From contig NC_087437.1 in the NCBI RefSeq assembly GCF_036321535.1, positions 70,992,001 through 71,056,000 on the forward strand: a DNA stretch of 64,000 bases. Direction: 5' to 3'. A program made the translations under genes and the position numbers. Position 1 is the first letter of the stretch. Each line of letters starts with the position of its first letter. This DNA is from Camelus dromedarius. Lineage: Eukaryota. The notes under the pieces are model-generated. The model was not told the DNA's origin and did not search any database. It saw nothing but the letters and a program-made list of their open reading frames with translations. This document shows, piece after piece, positions 14,901 to 27,203 of this stretch.

Positions 14901-17900
14901 GCAGCAAAATAATGGTCAGAAACATTATCGTATGTATTTGAGAGGATAAGAAGGGATTTCTTTCTTTTCCTCCATAAAAAGCTTGCTTTCTCCCTCCCCA
15001 CCCCCCCCCCCCACCACAATGCATTTCAGAAACTCTGCATCTCATTTTACAGATATGTAGTTTTAGGATTTGCAAATATAGCTTTAGGAAATGTTCTGAG
15101 ATTGAGGCTGGTATCAAACCAGCTTATTTTCTGCACTGGACTTTAGGACAAGTGTGCACAGATACAATTCCTTCAAAGAAAGTGAAACTAACATAGTAAA
15201 GCAAAGGGATAATACTTTTACACATTAAAACAGTTGTTTGCTACCAGTAAACCTTGATTTAAGCATAATTATTACTTTTTAGAAACCTGAAACTGGAGGA
15301 ATGTGTATTTTTGTAAAGTTTGTCTGTTGATTTGTTTGTTTCCCTTTATTTCTTTCTTCCCAAGGCAGTAAAAATTTTTGACTCTTCAATTTGACACTGT
15401 CCATGGCCATACGCAGCAGTCAGGTTACCCACCCTTACCATACTCCACCCCCTCTTAGAATGAAAAGCCTTCCATTCGATCATTAAGGAGTCTTTTCTCC
15501 ATTAAAATCTTATCTTCTTTTTCAAATAGCACATGAGAGCTTTGGGGAGAGAGATTCTCTCTACTCTTTGAGGGTAGAATAGTTAAAATAAAAGTTATTC
15601 CTTGACAAAGAAAACCCATTTACCTAAACTAACAGGTCTGAGGCCTGAAAATGGGAATTGATTGCAGATGAAGGCCATGCATTTCACACTACAAATCCTT
15701 ATTGCTTTCTCAAATTTTCAAAATAAGGCTAAGAATAATCTAACGTAATGAAAAATCCTCTGTGGATGTTTCTTATTAATATAGTGCAGAATAACCAGAA
15801 AAGAAAAAGAAAGGATATTTCTAGTATGACAAAATCAGTCGATCTGTGGCTTTCCAGAATTGTTCAGATTTCTATCCTATTCGTTTCAAAACCATATGTG
15901 TTCATGAGGTCTTAGAGAAACATCCACTTCTCCATTGCCTCTCATCTCCCCAACCTGGCACTGGAGGTGACAGTCACAGAGGGAGACTGGCTCTGCATTG
16001 CCAATACTCCACCCATCCATACCCCCACCACCACAAAAGAAGGAAACACCAAATTAGAAACATAATAAAAAAAGGAAATTGTAGTGCTTCATTTGAAAGC
16101 ATACTGTTTTCAACTCAACTCAATTTATCCATAGCCTGACAACCTTTTTACAACCTGTTTTCCGTGCTATAATTTACATTCTTAGCTCAATCTTTAAAAT
16201 AATTGCAATTTCAATTAAGTGAACAGAGGAAAAGCAAGGAGGGGGGAAAGGACCATGTGATGGGACTAAATTTGATCCAATTCTGGATTCCTAAGCCAGT
16301 GCTCAGGGTTTAGCAGGGAAAGTCAGACCCACTTGCCCTTTGCGGTCCTTGCCCATCCTCACTATTACAGGCCTAAGAATCAGTAAGGTAACCTCACTTC
16401 TTTGTGATTTCAGGCTTTTCTGGCTACTGTCAAACCCATATGGAGAAACTATAGAAACTCTTGCCTGCTCCTGTTCCTAATCTGCTCCCCAGGCACATGC
16501 AGAGAGAGAACTGCAGATCAAATAATGGTTCACATTTGATACAAGATTTAGACAAAGTCTAAAGTGCTTAGTATATGCTCACTGCCAGAGGGGTCTTTGA
16601 AAAATAAGGCAAGTTGCTCTGCTCCTGCTCTCCTCGGGACCAACTTGGATCTGGAACCATCTAGATGTCGATTTGTAGAAGAGAATTCTCAAAAGCATCA
16701 TCAGCAGTTAAACTCCTTCCTTTGTCCCACTGACTGTGTTTTCCTGATAGGCCTATTGAGATAGAAATTAAGGACAACTTTCATACACCTAATGAAAATT
16801 GTTTTTTGCATTATTGTTGAAAGAATTGTGGTTTTCAGAGTCAATGAAAGCAGAGTCTCTTAGTAATCCTCATCATGGCAAACAAAGACAAGGAGCTGAT
16901 AGAATCGAGAAGCTCTATGGTAACTTAATGTTTCAAAGTAATTTGAGTGTGCTGACCCCACATGCCAAGTATTTCTAGAATCTATTCTAAACTGTGTGTT
17001 GATTCTCCTGAGACTTCCAGCATGCATGTGGGTGTGAGCAGACAAGCAGATTTACACTTGGAGGGTGGAGACCCAGACAAACTGAAGAGAATGATTCTTG
17101 AGGATTATCAAATGCAAGGCATTTCTCCAGAATCACTCAATACTGCCATAGCCCCGATTAAGTCCAGAGTAATCTTAAGCAAAAAGTAAGCTCCATAAGA
17201 CATCCTGCTATGAATATTTTTTCTTACAGAATAATACAAGAAGAGGTACAATGCAGACTTTTAATTTTGCTGTAATAATTCCCTTTTATATTTAATAATT
17301 GTCCTTTTTGTGTGAGTGTGTCGTTGAGCTATTTGTAACAGTTTTCAATCTGTCACCCTGAGAGGGGCCTTGAGAATTCCTGTGTACATGTATGTAGAGC
17401 TATATTTATGTGTAGTCAGAAAAAGTGGGAAGGGGAAGAATGAGATGCGAGAGAAGGTCAGTGTGAAAAGTGAGTCTCCTGGTGCCCCTGTTTATGTTAG
17501 AGAAGGTGGCTGCTGCCCGAAGCCCTTGCGGAATGGCTGATTGCACTATTCAACAATGAGAACCCAGCACTGTTAAATTGAGGACCTTGTTTTGAGAAAC
17601 AGGAAAGCTTTATCTTTTTCTGTCCCCATTCCCTTTAGTATCGGAGCCATTTGACATGATGAGTACCATTCAGTAAAAACCACTACTGACCTGTGCATTA
17701 AATCGCTATGTTCCTCTTCTAAGTACTACCCCTGGTTTCAACTCAACTCCTTCCCTTTATGTTCTGCCTATTGGCTTAACATTTTCACAGAGTAAGACAC
17801 AGGTGCATGCTAGCTGTTTTTTTCCTTTGAGCTGAAACAAACAGGGACAGCAAAAGAGATGACTCGCAGGAGTGTGAGGGAAAGACTGAATTTCCCACTT

Positions 17901-17961
17901 TTGTGGCACTGGTAACTTTTAGTAAGAGCTGTTTAGGGTTGAGCTTCGGTCTGTAATAGGG

Positions 17962-17962
<1 letters not shown>

Positions 17963-18000
<38 letters not shown>
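17963..18000 (+). repeat. Poly(T)38 tract
   Basis: Directly visible. Confidence 0.95.
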
Positions 18001-18002
<2 letters not shown>

Positions 18003-21000
18003 ACTAAATAAATATGACTGCACTGCATTGCACTACTGAAATGTATTTACTTGTGCCGGGAGAGAGTGTGTGAGGTGTGGGAAAGAAAGAGGCAAGTTAT
18101 GAGACTAGAAGCACCACAAAAAGGGTTGTTTCCATCATGTGTGGTCTTAGCAGGGTTGGCAAGTATCTGTGGAATCTGCCAACTCTTGATCAGGCCTGGA
18201 AACTGCCATGCTGATCGGATCTGTTTTCTTATTATAAAGAAGGTGAGTTAGTACTGTAAATTGAAGATGTTGAAGGAGAAGTTTGCCCAATGTCGTCTCC
18301 AACTAAGCTTTAGTCAAGATTTGTCATGGTGAGGAAGCCAACCACAGTAACCGGGACGTCCTCTCCTTGGCCAGGGCTACAACCTCCTTTGAGAAAAACC
18401 TTACCTTGTCCATACTGGAGATATCCTTTCAGCCTGAGCATGCTTATCCATCACTGGGCAAAACCTAGATCAGGCTAACCAAAGAGGAAGGCCATGCATG
18501 TGGTAAAAATCCTTTAAGATGACAGTAAGGGAACAGTGCAATAAACATTGAGGACCAGTGAGGTGAAAGGTTTCTTTTGAAACAAGCTAGGCCAACTTCA
18601 GAATTGGAGGAAGGGTTGGAGGATTGTTCAGAATCTACTTTCTAGCTGCTCCATCATAGACTGTCCTTTATACAGCAGAAGATCTTAACAGTGCCTAAAA
18701 GCCTAGTTTTGAAGTTTATTGGCGTTTGGTCTTGTTTTGTTTTTTACAATTTTTCTTTATTGGATTTATTTGTATTTCCTTTTTAAATCTTAGAAGTAAT
18801 TAGAATTTGACAGCTCTTTAGTGACTATTAATTAAAAAATCTTTCACCAGAGGAAAAGCAATAGATTGTGTAGGGAATAATAACAGGAGAGTAAAGATGC
18901 TGAAGGACTCTTCCAGAATCCAAGGTGACAGCTTTGAAAATTCTGGTTCAGTAAGAAAATGTCACAACCCATATCAATGGGTAGTTTTGAAATTCTCTGA
19001 TCACTATCACACATTGGGGCATCAATTTGGAAAACTCTCATTTGAGGCCTCTTTCCTAAGATTACAATATTGATACCTATCTCTTTCTCTCTTCTCCTTA
19101 GCAACCATCCAAGTCTACTTTTCCAGTTAAAAATTTTTTAAGAAAGCTGTCAGCCTCGCTAGGTGGAAAAACTCCATTGAGAGCTTTCAGAACTAACATA
19201 AACAATCCCTTAAGCACTCAAAGTATTATCTCCACTTTAAATAAGCACCTTTAAATTCAGAGCTCTTAACAGGTACTTAACAAATGTGTACTGGGTAAGC
19301 ACTAAGAATATATTGACTGCACCAAACCGAAGTTACAGAAATAAATAATTGACCCTTTAAAATATATTCACATTAACTGTCCTAAGACACTTCTCTTGAG
19401 GCTTTTGGAAAAGAACTTCTTCCTTGAAACTTGCATACCCACTCCAGTTTTGTCACCAAAGATCTTAATCTCCAGAGCCCAACCTCCTCTCTCCCAGACA
19501 AAACGGATACAGCAGGCTCAGGGGATATGCTTTGGTGGTCAAGGGATGACGCTTTGGTTTTCATTCTGTCCTCAGTGATATTTACAGAAGACTCGTTGTT
19601 AGAGGAGCTACTGAACTGTCTTTATGACTTAGGGTTTGGTCAGAGGTTTAAAAAATATAGGGGGAAAGAAATCAAGGATAGTACTTGACACTGTAAACTA
19701 GTCTTTAATAGAGTCATGACCTGGAGACTGACGGAGAGAAAGAAACTTCCAGGGAAGAGAGTGAGCTAAATCATTTAGAACCAAACAAGGGTCGTTGGTG
19801 AAATGTGGGTCAGCATGGACACAGAGCACACCATTGCCCTGCATGGCCAGAGCCCACTGCAGTGGCCGGTGGGGGAGTCAGATGACTGGCCAATGAACTC
19901 AAGTACTGAAAAAGCCACAGTCTGGGTTTCGTTGTGGTTGCTGGAGTGGTTAAAACATCCATGCCCGTGGCAAGGAAAATGCTGAGGCTGATCTGTTGTG
20001 ATAGTGCCTTTCTTGTTGTAGTGAGTACTAGGCTAACAGTCTGTTCAGTTATGCTTTTCTGGATCACGGTCCTCAGTCTTCTGAGGAGGTCTGAAGGGAT
20101 AGTATTCACTTAGGATGAAGGGATAGGGTATTGCTCCTGGAATGCTGTGATGTGATGATATTTGCACTAAACTCTACTTTAAACTGGAGCAACTGAATGA
20201 GAGAAAAACCAAGGATGGTTCAAAGTTAACAGAAACCAAAAGCAGTATTTTCTGACTGATGCCATTTCTTTGTCTTCTTTTTTCTTTTTCTTTTTCTTTT
20301 TTTTTTTTTCTTTTTTCTGGAAGAAAACTTCACACTTGTTGATTATCAAGCTCAACTCTTACCAATTATTTCCTTCTTATTTTATTACCACACTGAACCA
20401 TCAGTGTGAGTTAACCATCAGGTAGGCAGAATTAATAGAAACGGCCTCTGTCATTCCAACTTCGCACCCCTTCTCTGGTTCATCAAGGGCATGGGGCATT
20501 GGGGGGCTGGGAGCCACCCAGAGCCGTTGAGCCTTTAGGAAAGCCAATGAGCATAGATGTCATGTCAAGAGCTGAGTTGACACATATTTGCTCAGAGGAC
20601 ATGGGATAACCTGCAGCTAATCCTAAAGGATGCTCTGAAAGAAGGAAACCAATGTGTTAAAGAAAACAAAGGGAGGTGGTACCCAAAGTTCGCTGACTTC
20701 TTCTCTCTCTTCTCTTTCCCACCTCACCCCATGTCCCCTCTATTGGAACTATATTTCATCTCATATAGTGTATGTTACCAGAAGAATTATGTGGTTCCTT
20801 GGTTTCTCTCTTTATCAGTAGACTGGGAACTCCTCCAAAATTAAAAACAAATACCATCAGTGGCTCCCCTGTGGCCCACCAGTTTCTCGAATGCTGTCCA
20901 GCTGGTCTTGACTGGTCGACTAAGATAACTTGGAAGCTTTGGCTGGCTCACCCACTTGTCCACTTGATTTTCATTTTGTTTTCATTTCCATTTGAAATTT

Positions 21001-21674
21001 GAGTGATCTGATGGAAAGGTGGAAATCACAAGAAAAATTTGGAGGCTGAGATTCTAGGGCACAGCTTGTCAGGAGTTTGTGTTATCCAAATTACATCTTT
21101 CTCTACCTGTTTTTGGTTTAATCAGTTGCCCTGATTATAATTTCTATTATATTTGTGGTTATTTTTATAAGAATAGAGTCCATTTGCTATGTCTAGTTGA
21201 GTGCTTTTTATTTTCTAGTCTCCCCACATGGATGCAGTACCAACCTGTTCGTGAAATACCTTTTTATTATATTATTAATATGTAATTCTACTGTAGACCA
21301 AAAATATAAAAACAAATCTGTTCGTTTTAAAGATGAACTAGTGAGTGAAAGACTTAAGAGTTGAAGGAAAAGACAGAAGCGCAGTGGTCAACTATGCTGA
21401 GTTAGAGATCTAAGAGTAGCCTTACCTGCTTTCTCACCAGTGCTTGCCAATCATACAGTAGTTGGGATTATATAGTCTTGGCTCCTTCATGCTTATGTTT
21501 TATAATTCTTGTTTGTCCGTTTGTTTTTCTTCGATGTAATTGAGGTTGCACATCATGCTATTTTTGGCAATGCCTGATTTTATTATATTGTACTTTTATC
21601 AGTCATTTCCTTTAGAAGGATGGGGGAAACGTTTTATTTCTTCTTTTAATTTAAAATTTGTTTAATGCACTGGA

Positions 21675-21680
21675 AATAAA
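21675..21680 (+). terminator. Candidate alternative polyadenylation signal (AATAAA) in the ZBTB20 3' UTR
   Basis: AATAAA preceded by a U-rich region with TGTA motifs (21530-21670). It is one of many AATAAA hexamers in the UTR, and usage cannot be shown from sequence. Confidence 0.35.
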
Positions 21681-24600
21681 ATTGGACATATTTCACTGTT
21701 TAAAAGATCAGAAACAAAACAGAACAAAAACCACAAAGAAAAAACCAGCAACCAAATAAGCAATGGGGAACAAAAACTTGAAAAAAAAATCTGTCAGTCC
21801 TCAATACACATAGAAAATATGTCCCACTTGAAAAAGAAATACCATCAAGTAAGAAAAATGCATTGTTTAAGCTGCAATACTGAGACATAGACGATGCCTG
21901 GGTTCAGTGGGGCTGGGGAAATAGGGCATTCCTTTGAGATCTGAGATCTTGTCATTGCCCCAGTTAATGCCCAAGCAGGTCGAATGTGGGAGAGGTGACT
22001 ACGGACAAAATAGCCCAGCCTCTGCCCACCACGGAGCCCTCCGTTACCTTCTATCCTGTACTTGAGCTTCATTGTAAGCGGGGGAAGTGTGCTGTGGTGG
22101 AGAAACTGGCTTGGATAGAGGTATCTGTGCAGTACACACGTGGACAGTTTAGTCCTGTGTCCATCCTCATATGTTTCTTTTCTCCATAAGAGGTGGCGGC
22201 AGATAATCCCACAACATGCGAGGCTAAATGACTCCTTAGAACATCAGCTGATTCTAAAGAATGTTTTGAGTCCAACCTGATTACCCATCTTCAGCATTCC
22301 CAGATGCCAACAGAGCCAGTTAACCCATCCAAAGCCACAGTGAAAGGAAAGGAGAGAGATTTTGTTCTAATCAACCAGCTGTATCATGTGTTTAATGTTT
22401 GCTGGGTTTTTCTGGTTTTGTTTTGTTTTCAAATCGGGGTGGGAGTGGACGTAACTTCACAAACCTAATACAGTAACTGTTTTGCATCTTCCATGTTTTA
22501 TGCAAAAGCAGACATTTAAATCAATAAATAATTGTGCCCTAGGCTGAAAGTTAATGTTTAGGAGAGGAAAAAAATTGTTGGAATTTTTTCTACATTTTTT
22601 TGTGAAGAATCTTTTTTGGAAAGGAAGGATACATATTTTTGTTGTGTAATATTTTCTATTTTTGAATGCATTTTATTGGTACAAGACTGTTTTTTTGGTG
22701 AAGACATTATTTAAAAAAAAAAAAAAGAAAAAAACTAATCGAAAAGTTTGCCCTTAAGGATATGCTGCAGTTTTGAGGTTAAAAAAAAAACTGATTCAAG
22801 ATGCGTGTTAAAAGTAGGGATTATATTGTTGTTTTTTGTAATTGTTACAAGAAGAAGTTTGTACCCACTGCTGTTTATTTTGTTTCAGATGAGTAAGTAA
22901 AGGGATTGTTCTTGTTTTATTCTTTTTTTAGAGAAAAAAAAAGCTATTTATGAAATGTCAAAAACACTGGACTGTGAGTTTAAGTGTGGAAGCATTTTAC
23001 CACCCTGTGTCTTCGACCAATTATGGGAAACCCCTTTTCTCTTCCCCCCCGCCTTAGCCTTGCCAAATGAGAAAAATGTAACAGCTGTCAGCCCTGCTTT
23101 AATTTTTATGGTTTGAAAAAGTCAGAAAACCAAAGTTAAATTTGTTTCTGAAATCCCACTGTCCGTAGCCCTTTTTTGTATGACACAGCCAGTTGACTCT
23201 GCCTCTCTGTCTTGGATCATTGCCTTCTTAAGGACTGGGGGCCAACTCTGATGCAGCAGAGGCATAAAGGTGGTGAGCCTGAGAGTTGAGGTCTCACGAA
23301 GTCGATGTGAGTGGGACTTCAACTTCTCAGTAGGCAGCCATGCTTCCCCATCCCGCGGCCAGGCTGCCGAGAGAGCCCAATGCTGACCTGCCTGAGGAGA
23401 GAGCCCCCCATAGCCTCCATCCTCAGCTTCTAAGCCCCCTCCTGTTACCATCGCTCTCCTTTCTGGCTTTGCCTTTCTCAGCAGCCCACCTTCCATGGAT
23501 GGGGTGGGGAGGAAGGATCCAACTGAAGGAAATGGCTGTGGGCGCTGTGAAGCTACCCCCAGCCCTGGGGGAGGTAGGGCAAGAGACCCTCTAGCACAAG
23601 GGATCTTGCCTGCCTCACATTTGACCCCATGGCTGGTCCATCCATCTGCTCACTGTGAAGATGGAGAGGTGGAATGCCCTAAGGCTGTTCAATAGCTTTT
23701 CCATATTTTTTCAACATTGAAAAAATAATTTTTAAAAACTGTGATTTAAAAAAAAAATCATTTGGCTGGAGGGAAGGGAAAAGGGAAACCAAAAGCTGTA
23801 ACATGATTAACTGGAGATATTTAACTGGGGGCACTTTCTAGACCAAGACAAATGAATTCCGTTCTGGACCCAAAAGCAGCCAAATCTTGAGACTGTCAAT
23901 GACAGAATGCTGAAGAGAGGCCTTCCCTTCCTCCTTTCTCTTTTCCTCTCTCTGTCTCAAACTCTCTCCTGTTCTCCTTTTCCACCTTCCCTTGGACTTC
24001 ATCTACCACAGCGGCCCTTGGACTCATGCGCGCGCACACACACACACACCCTTGCAAAATACCATTTTTCTTAAGGATTGTGGGACCGAATAAAATCATG
24101 TGCCTTCATTTTTTCCTTTTATTGTTAGGTGAACCTCTTCCTTTTTACAAAAAGATAAATAAATAAGGGAGGTTGAAGTGTTATGGAGCACTTGGGCGTC
24201 GTTTACAAAGTAAGTTTTGTTTAGCACGTTCCCCCTAAGGATTAACACAAACATTTCAACCGCTTCACCCGTGCTCTTTGGACGTTTCGGAGCATCAAGT
24301 AACCAGATGCATGACAGCCCAAATCCATTTGATTTTAGAGCGATGCCTGAAAATTTTATTTCCTACACTTTTTGATCTTTATCAAAAATGAGGTGAGCAA
24401 TGGCAAGCAGCCTTGTTCTCCCAATTTGGTGCTTTTGCGTGTGGCTGGGGTGGGCGTAGGGGTGGGGGGAGTGGGTCTGTTTAGACAAAGGGTGCATTCC
24501 TAAAGATCTCTGGTGCTGAAGGGCCTCCAGTTCCTTTCAGAGACTGCATTTGACACACTTTAAGTACCCCCGAATGGTATCACATGCAATATTTTAATGG

Positions 24601-25265
24601 AGCAATGGGAGAGGCTCTTTGAAACGGGGTTTTGCATCTTTTTGTAACATTTTGATTTCTCTGGTGCCTTATTCCTACTCGTCGCGGGCACTCACATACC
24701 CACAGGGAGCAGACGAGGAAGTCAGCCTCCCGAGTGGGGTCGCCTGGGTGATGCTTGAGCGGGCGGGGCGTGGGGACGGTGGTGTCCGTTGGTGGGAGGG
24801 GACTAGATGGCATCTCTTAGCCGAAGCCAAGCAGGAACTGCACAAATCCACACAAAGTTAACAATTCCGACCCGTAATACACCGCACATTCATCCTTCCT
24901 CATCTGAGCTTCCTTTCCTTCCTCCTCTTCTATCTCTGCCTTCTCGTAAAGGTGCTGCTGCTGCTGCTGCTAAGGTGCCCGGAGTCCAGAACGCCCAGAA
25001 TCACTCAGGCACGAGCCTGGCACTGCCACGTCAGCCCCTGGCACGACCAAACCCGGGTTTCTCTTGCTGGGGGCTGAAAACCATCAGATTTTTCTCATCA
25101 AAAATGTTTTCCAAGGAATCAGTGGATTACAGTTATTCTGCATTGAAAATGCACTTTAAAAAAATAAATCAAAGCTCCAGACTGTTTAAAATGTACAGAG
25201 GGAGCAGGGGAAAGATAAACACGTGCTAGTGTCTGAACCCAGTTCAGTTTATCTCCAGTTGAAAC

Positions 25266-25362
25266 AATATACACTATATTATGTATAAATGTATACACAC
25301 TTCCTATATATATCCGTATATATATATAGTGTATATATTATACATGTATAGGTGTGTATATG
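25266..25362 (+). ncRNA. MIR568: mir-568 precursor-like hairpin; annotated mature sequence ATGTATAAATGTATACACAC at 25281-25300
   Basis: Sequence closely matches human pre-mir-568 as I recall it, which lies in the ZBTB20 3' region. A perfect inverted repeat ATATACACTATAT (25267-25279) / ATATAGTGTATAT (25324-25336) is visible. Confidence 0.8.
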
Positions 25363-26190
25363 TGCATATATACACACATGCACATAATAAATCCAGATGC
25401 TCATTACAAAACCAGATACTACACAAACAGCAGCAGAGGAAACAAGGTTGGACTCTTGCAACAGATCACAAAAAATAAAAACAGCCACTTGCAGTGACTT
25501 TGGTCATTTCTGTATGTTCACAAAGAATGGATTGTAACAAAGAAAAAAGGAACAGTGTTAGTGAAAGAGGAAAAATGGGCGAAACCATCTTGACCCAACA
25601 GGAATGCAGTAATGTTCTGTATCATTTCACCTATTTCTTTTAGTCACATTGATTTGATTTCAGTTTCTGGCTATTACATTTTTTTTTAACTCAAGTGACC
25701 CACAACAAACTGAACAAAACAACTACAGTGAAAGCCCTTTTCAATGGAAGATGTCAGAAATCTCAAAACCCTTGGCCTGGCTCAGAACTACCATGTGCAA
25801 ATCAGTACTCTCTTAATGTTTGAAATAAAACTGAAAAAAAAAAAACTTTTTGAAGCACCTTAATGTGGCCATCCATTCAAGGAATGGGTGCCACTTTTTT
25901 TCTTTGAGCACCTTATTGACGTGTTTTGCTATCTGCTGTCTTTCTGTTACCTATTGGCTGAATGGCTAGCTGTTAACACACACATGTGCACAGACCAGAG
26001 GTCTGGGCACGTGTGTTCTCAATGAAGTTTACTGTGGTGACTGCTGAAAGGTGAACCCATTTCCTGATCTTCCCGCCACAGTGTTGTGATAAGATTCGAA
26101 GAGACCCTATTCCCTGCACAGAAATGTTTCTTATCACATTGTATCTTAGAATGGAAAGGAATATGGTCCCTTTTTTGCAATTGCTACTGT

Positions 26191-26192
<2 letters not shown>

Positions 26193-26225
<33 letters not shown>
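26193..26225 (+). repeat. (CA)n microsatellite
   Basis: Directly visible. Confidence 0.95.
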
Positions 26226-26227
<2 letters not shown>

Positions 26228-27015
26228 CACAAACATATTCATTCGTCCATGTGGTATTTTCAGTGTCTGTGTGGGTGTCACTGTTTACGCAGTTTCAATT
26301 TCCCAGGAATTTTGAATGGAGGGCAACTTTTCTAACCAGATTGTCTTTTCAGACTGAAGACCTGGGGATTGGGGAAGAGTTTGGAAAGAGGGAGAGGCAA
26401 GGAAAAAGAGAGCTTTAAATGGAAAGAATGATTTCCCACAAGGAACCTGGCCTCAATGACTGCAGAGACTCTACCCTCCTATCTTTGCAGGTGGGCAAGG
26501 GACACTGCTTGTATCCATCTGTGTACCATGCAAACCCATGTAAACACAGAGACACACATCCATCCATCCATCAGTATACACACGTGGTTCAGGATGAGCA
26601 GGTCAATAGTTTTGAGAGGGAGTTTGTTCCTTTTTTTTTCTCATTATACTCTTAAATTGTTGTCAGTTATCAAACAAACAAACAAAAAATTGTTTTGAAA
26701 AACCTTGCATACGCCTTTTCTATCAAGTGCTTTAAAATATAGACTAAATACACACATCCTGCCAGTTTTTTCTTACAGTGACAGTATCCTTACCTGCCAT
26801 TTAATATTAGCCTCGTATTTTTCTCACGTATATTTACCTGTGACTTGTATTTGTTATTTAAACAGGAAAAAAACATTCAAAAAAAGAAAAATTAACTGTA
26901 GCGCTTCATTATACTATATTATTATTATTATTATTATTGTGACATTTTGGAATACTGTGAAGTTTTATCTCTTGCATATACTTTATACGGAAGTATTACG
27001 CCTTAAAAATACGAA

Positions 27016-27203
27016 AATAAATTTTACAAGGTTTCTGTTTTGTGTGGAAGAGTAATTGATGTTGCTAAGAATGATGTTTGTTTTTTGGGGTTTTTGTTGT
27101 TTTTTTTTAAATGTTACCAGCACTTTTTTTGTAAGTTTCACTTTCCGAGGTATTGTACAAGTTCACACTGTTTGTGAAGTTTGAATATGAAGGAATAATT
27201 AAA
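27016..27203 (+). terminator. Distal polyadenylation signal cluster of ZBTB20 (AATAAA 27016-27021; ATTAAA 27198-27203)
   Basis: Each hexamer is followed by GU/U-rich sequence (gtttctgttttgtgtgg; ttggtttcctattgtgtcttcttt), and TGTA motifs lie upstream of the second. Confidence 0.6.

Noticed and set aside
3046..27055. Numerous 60-160 aa ORFs in the ZBTB20 3' UTR
   Set aside because: No recognisable domains, many start at non-ATG codons or derive from microsatellites, and lengths are as expected by chance.
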